Position numbers and translations under genes: made by a program
Notes under the pieces: model-generated
Seen by the model: the letters and a program-made list of their open reading frames with translations, nothing else
Told to the model about the DNA's origin: nothing
The model's database searches: none
Source of the DNA: Marsupella aquatica
Taxonomy: Eukaryota > Plantae > Marchantiophyta
Assembly (NCBI GenBank): GCA_973895155.1
Contig: OZ316892.1
Location: 24,761,233 to 24,825,232 of the forward strand
DNA: 64,000 nucleotides
Direction of reading: 5' to 3'
Part shown: in pieces, positions 62,226-64,000 of the stretch
How positions within the stretch are numbered: the stretch's first letter is position 1
Layout of the letters: each line of letters opens with the position of its first letter

Positions 62226-64000
62226 CAAAGAGGAGGAGGCTACGCTTCCTTGCCTCCCATGCTTGTGCCTAGGGTAGCCTCGCTCAATGCCTTCATGTTG
62301 TTGTATAAAAGAGGTCCTTCGGCAAAGGAGTTGCTTCAAAAAAATGGGGGTGAGTGCAAGACTTTTGCCCGATTGTTGGATCAGACCAATGAGTCCCCCA
62401 ATGCTCTGTCCTTGCTAGCCTTGCCCTCCTGCCCCACTGCCAATTGAAAGAAACTAAATACAACACCCCCCACCATCTAAAATAACCACAAGATGGAAGG
62501 GCCAAGGTGAACAGACAATCCCGCAGACAATAACCAACGCTAACACCCTATCTTTATAGGACAAAACCAATTTCAGGCCATTAAAATCAGGATTAAAATA
62601 AACCTACCCCTAAGAAAACAAAAACGCCTCACCATCTAAAAAAGAAAATGAAGTTTGGGTTTCTTTTGGTGGGAGTTTGGCCACTTCTTCTTTTAAAAGA
62701 ATGAGAACAGGAAAATAAAAACAAACGGACAAAAATAAGGGAAGCCTAGGAGCATGAAGGCACTGCCCTAGGCATAGGCAGCCTATGTGCATGATTGTAG
62801 GGATTGTGGGCCAGGCTAGGCAGAGGCACGGGAGGCAAGGAAGGGTAGTCTGGGCATAGACTACCACACAGCACAATGATCTAGGCCACAAGCACTGTGG
62901 GCAATAAACAAAGGTCACTTTTGGGTGATCCAAAGGTATGGAAAAAATGTACTTTAGATCCAACAACTGAGATTGATTCTTGCCCAAATCTGCTTTTGTA
63001 AGCGGATTGAGTATTATAGAATTAAGATAGATGAGAAGAAATTAGGGCTTTTCTATTGTCCATCAATGTTTTAAGATTCTGTCAAAGAATTTTGGCAAAC
63101 CTGGAGGTCCTTCCGGGCTTGAATTTTGCAAGGAAAAAGTCAATGATTATTCTAAGCTTGAACTTAGAGTTGTCTTGCATGTATGCAACCCTTCACTTTG
63201 CACCCAATGTTCTAGCACCAGATTAGTGATAATGGTGCCTGAAACACCTCATCTGCTAGACTCTACAGTTTCTTAAATGGCAAACCAAGACTATTGTTTG
63301 CAAACATTCCTACCCTTGCAATCCCAAAATTTGAAAAATGAATATAAGGTGATCACATGGTCTTGTCCTCCATGCTTTATGTATGTGACTAACAAGCCCA
63401 ATGCCCATGAGTTTCACAGAACATGTTGAGGCAAGGCAAAAGATGTCTGGGTAAGGCAAAAATGTCACAGCATGCAAAAATATCTTTGGTCACTAGGATA
63501 TGTTATGGTCAAGGAGGGCAAATGTGAGGGTGTAGGGACCTGAGATAGCAACCATCTAGTTGCAGATTCCAAGCACAAGGGCCAGCTACATATAGAATAG
63601 CTCTCATTGACAGCTCGAGACAGTGTGCAGCATCTTGGGCAGAACGTAAAGACAGCAGCACCAGTGATTGGAAAGAAACTCAGAACACTGATTGAAGACA
63701 CCCTACTGACTGAGGTGTAGGCTCCAAGGCATGGGGAGAATTCAATAAACTTGCAAGATTTGGGGAACAAATTTATCACAAATTGTTTATCTCATGACTC
63801 ATTTGTAGGTTCAATTAATCCGTGGACCCCCATGTTCATCCAAGGAATGTGTATGTGATGAAGTGAAATCAATTTTCAACAAGGCGGTAACCGATGGTTT
63901 TGAGTCTCCCGGTGGTCTTGGTGTGTGCTCATATTACAAAGAGATCTCTATCTGGTTGAGATTATCTCTCTCGTTTATCAAACAAAAGGTTGAATGTGGA

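Noticed and set aside
63000-64000. Possible decayed coding or transposase sequence at the window end
   Set aside because: Frequent stops in all frames and no motif I can identify.

Overview
Eukaryotic nuclear DNA from a land plant. Gene style and protein divergence suggest a non-seed plant such as a bryophyte, but this is inference only. Six intact genes can be reconstructed by hand from GT-AG splice sites: COG7 (+), a CLB1/SYT7-type synaptotagmin (+), a glutamate decarboxylase (+), a YbaK/aminoacyl-tRNA-editing domain protein with a duplicated N-terminus (-), prefoldin subunit 2 (+) and a membrane-anchored, Cys-rich PhoD-family phosphatase (-). A full-length Ty1/Copia LTR retrotransposon sits at 15676-21414, with 421-bp LTRs, an ATGGA target-site duplication, a tRNA-iMet PBS and a PPT. 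Its single reading frame is broken only by in-frame stops, one exactly at the gag/protease boundary. Intergenic DNA is full of small non-coding elements: a structured ~320-bp dispersed family with no clear TSD and an internal VNTR, two C-rich/G-rich mirror elements, a candidate non-autonomous Helitron, Stowaway and Tourist TIRs, and many local tandem arrays. I cannot demonstrate a new biological system. The best leads are the gag/pol stop, the structured repeat family, the YbaK duplication that turned 5' leader into coding sequence, and the PhoD variant.
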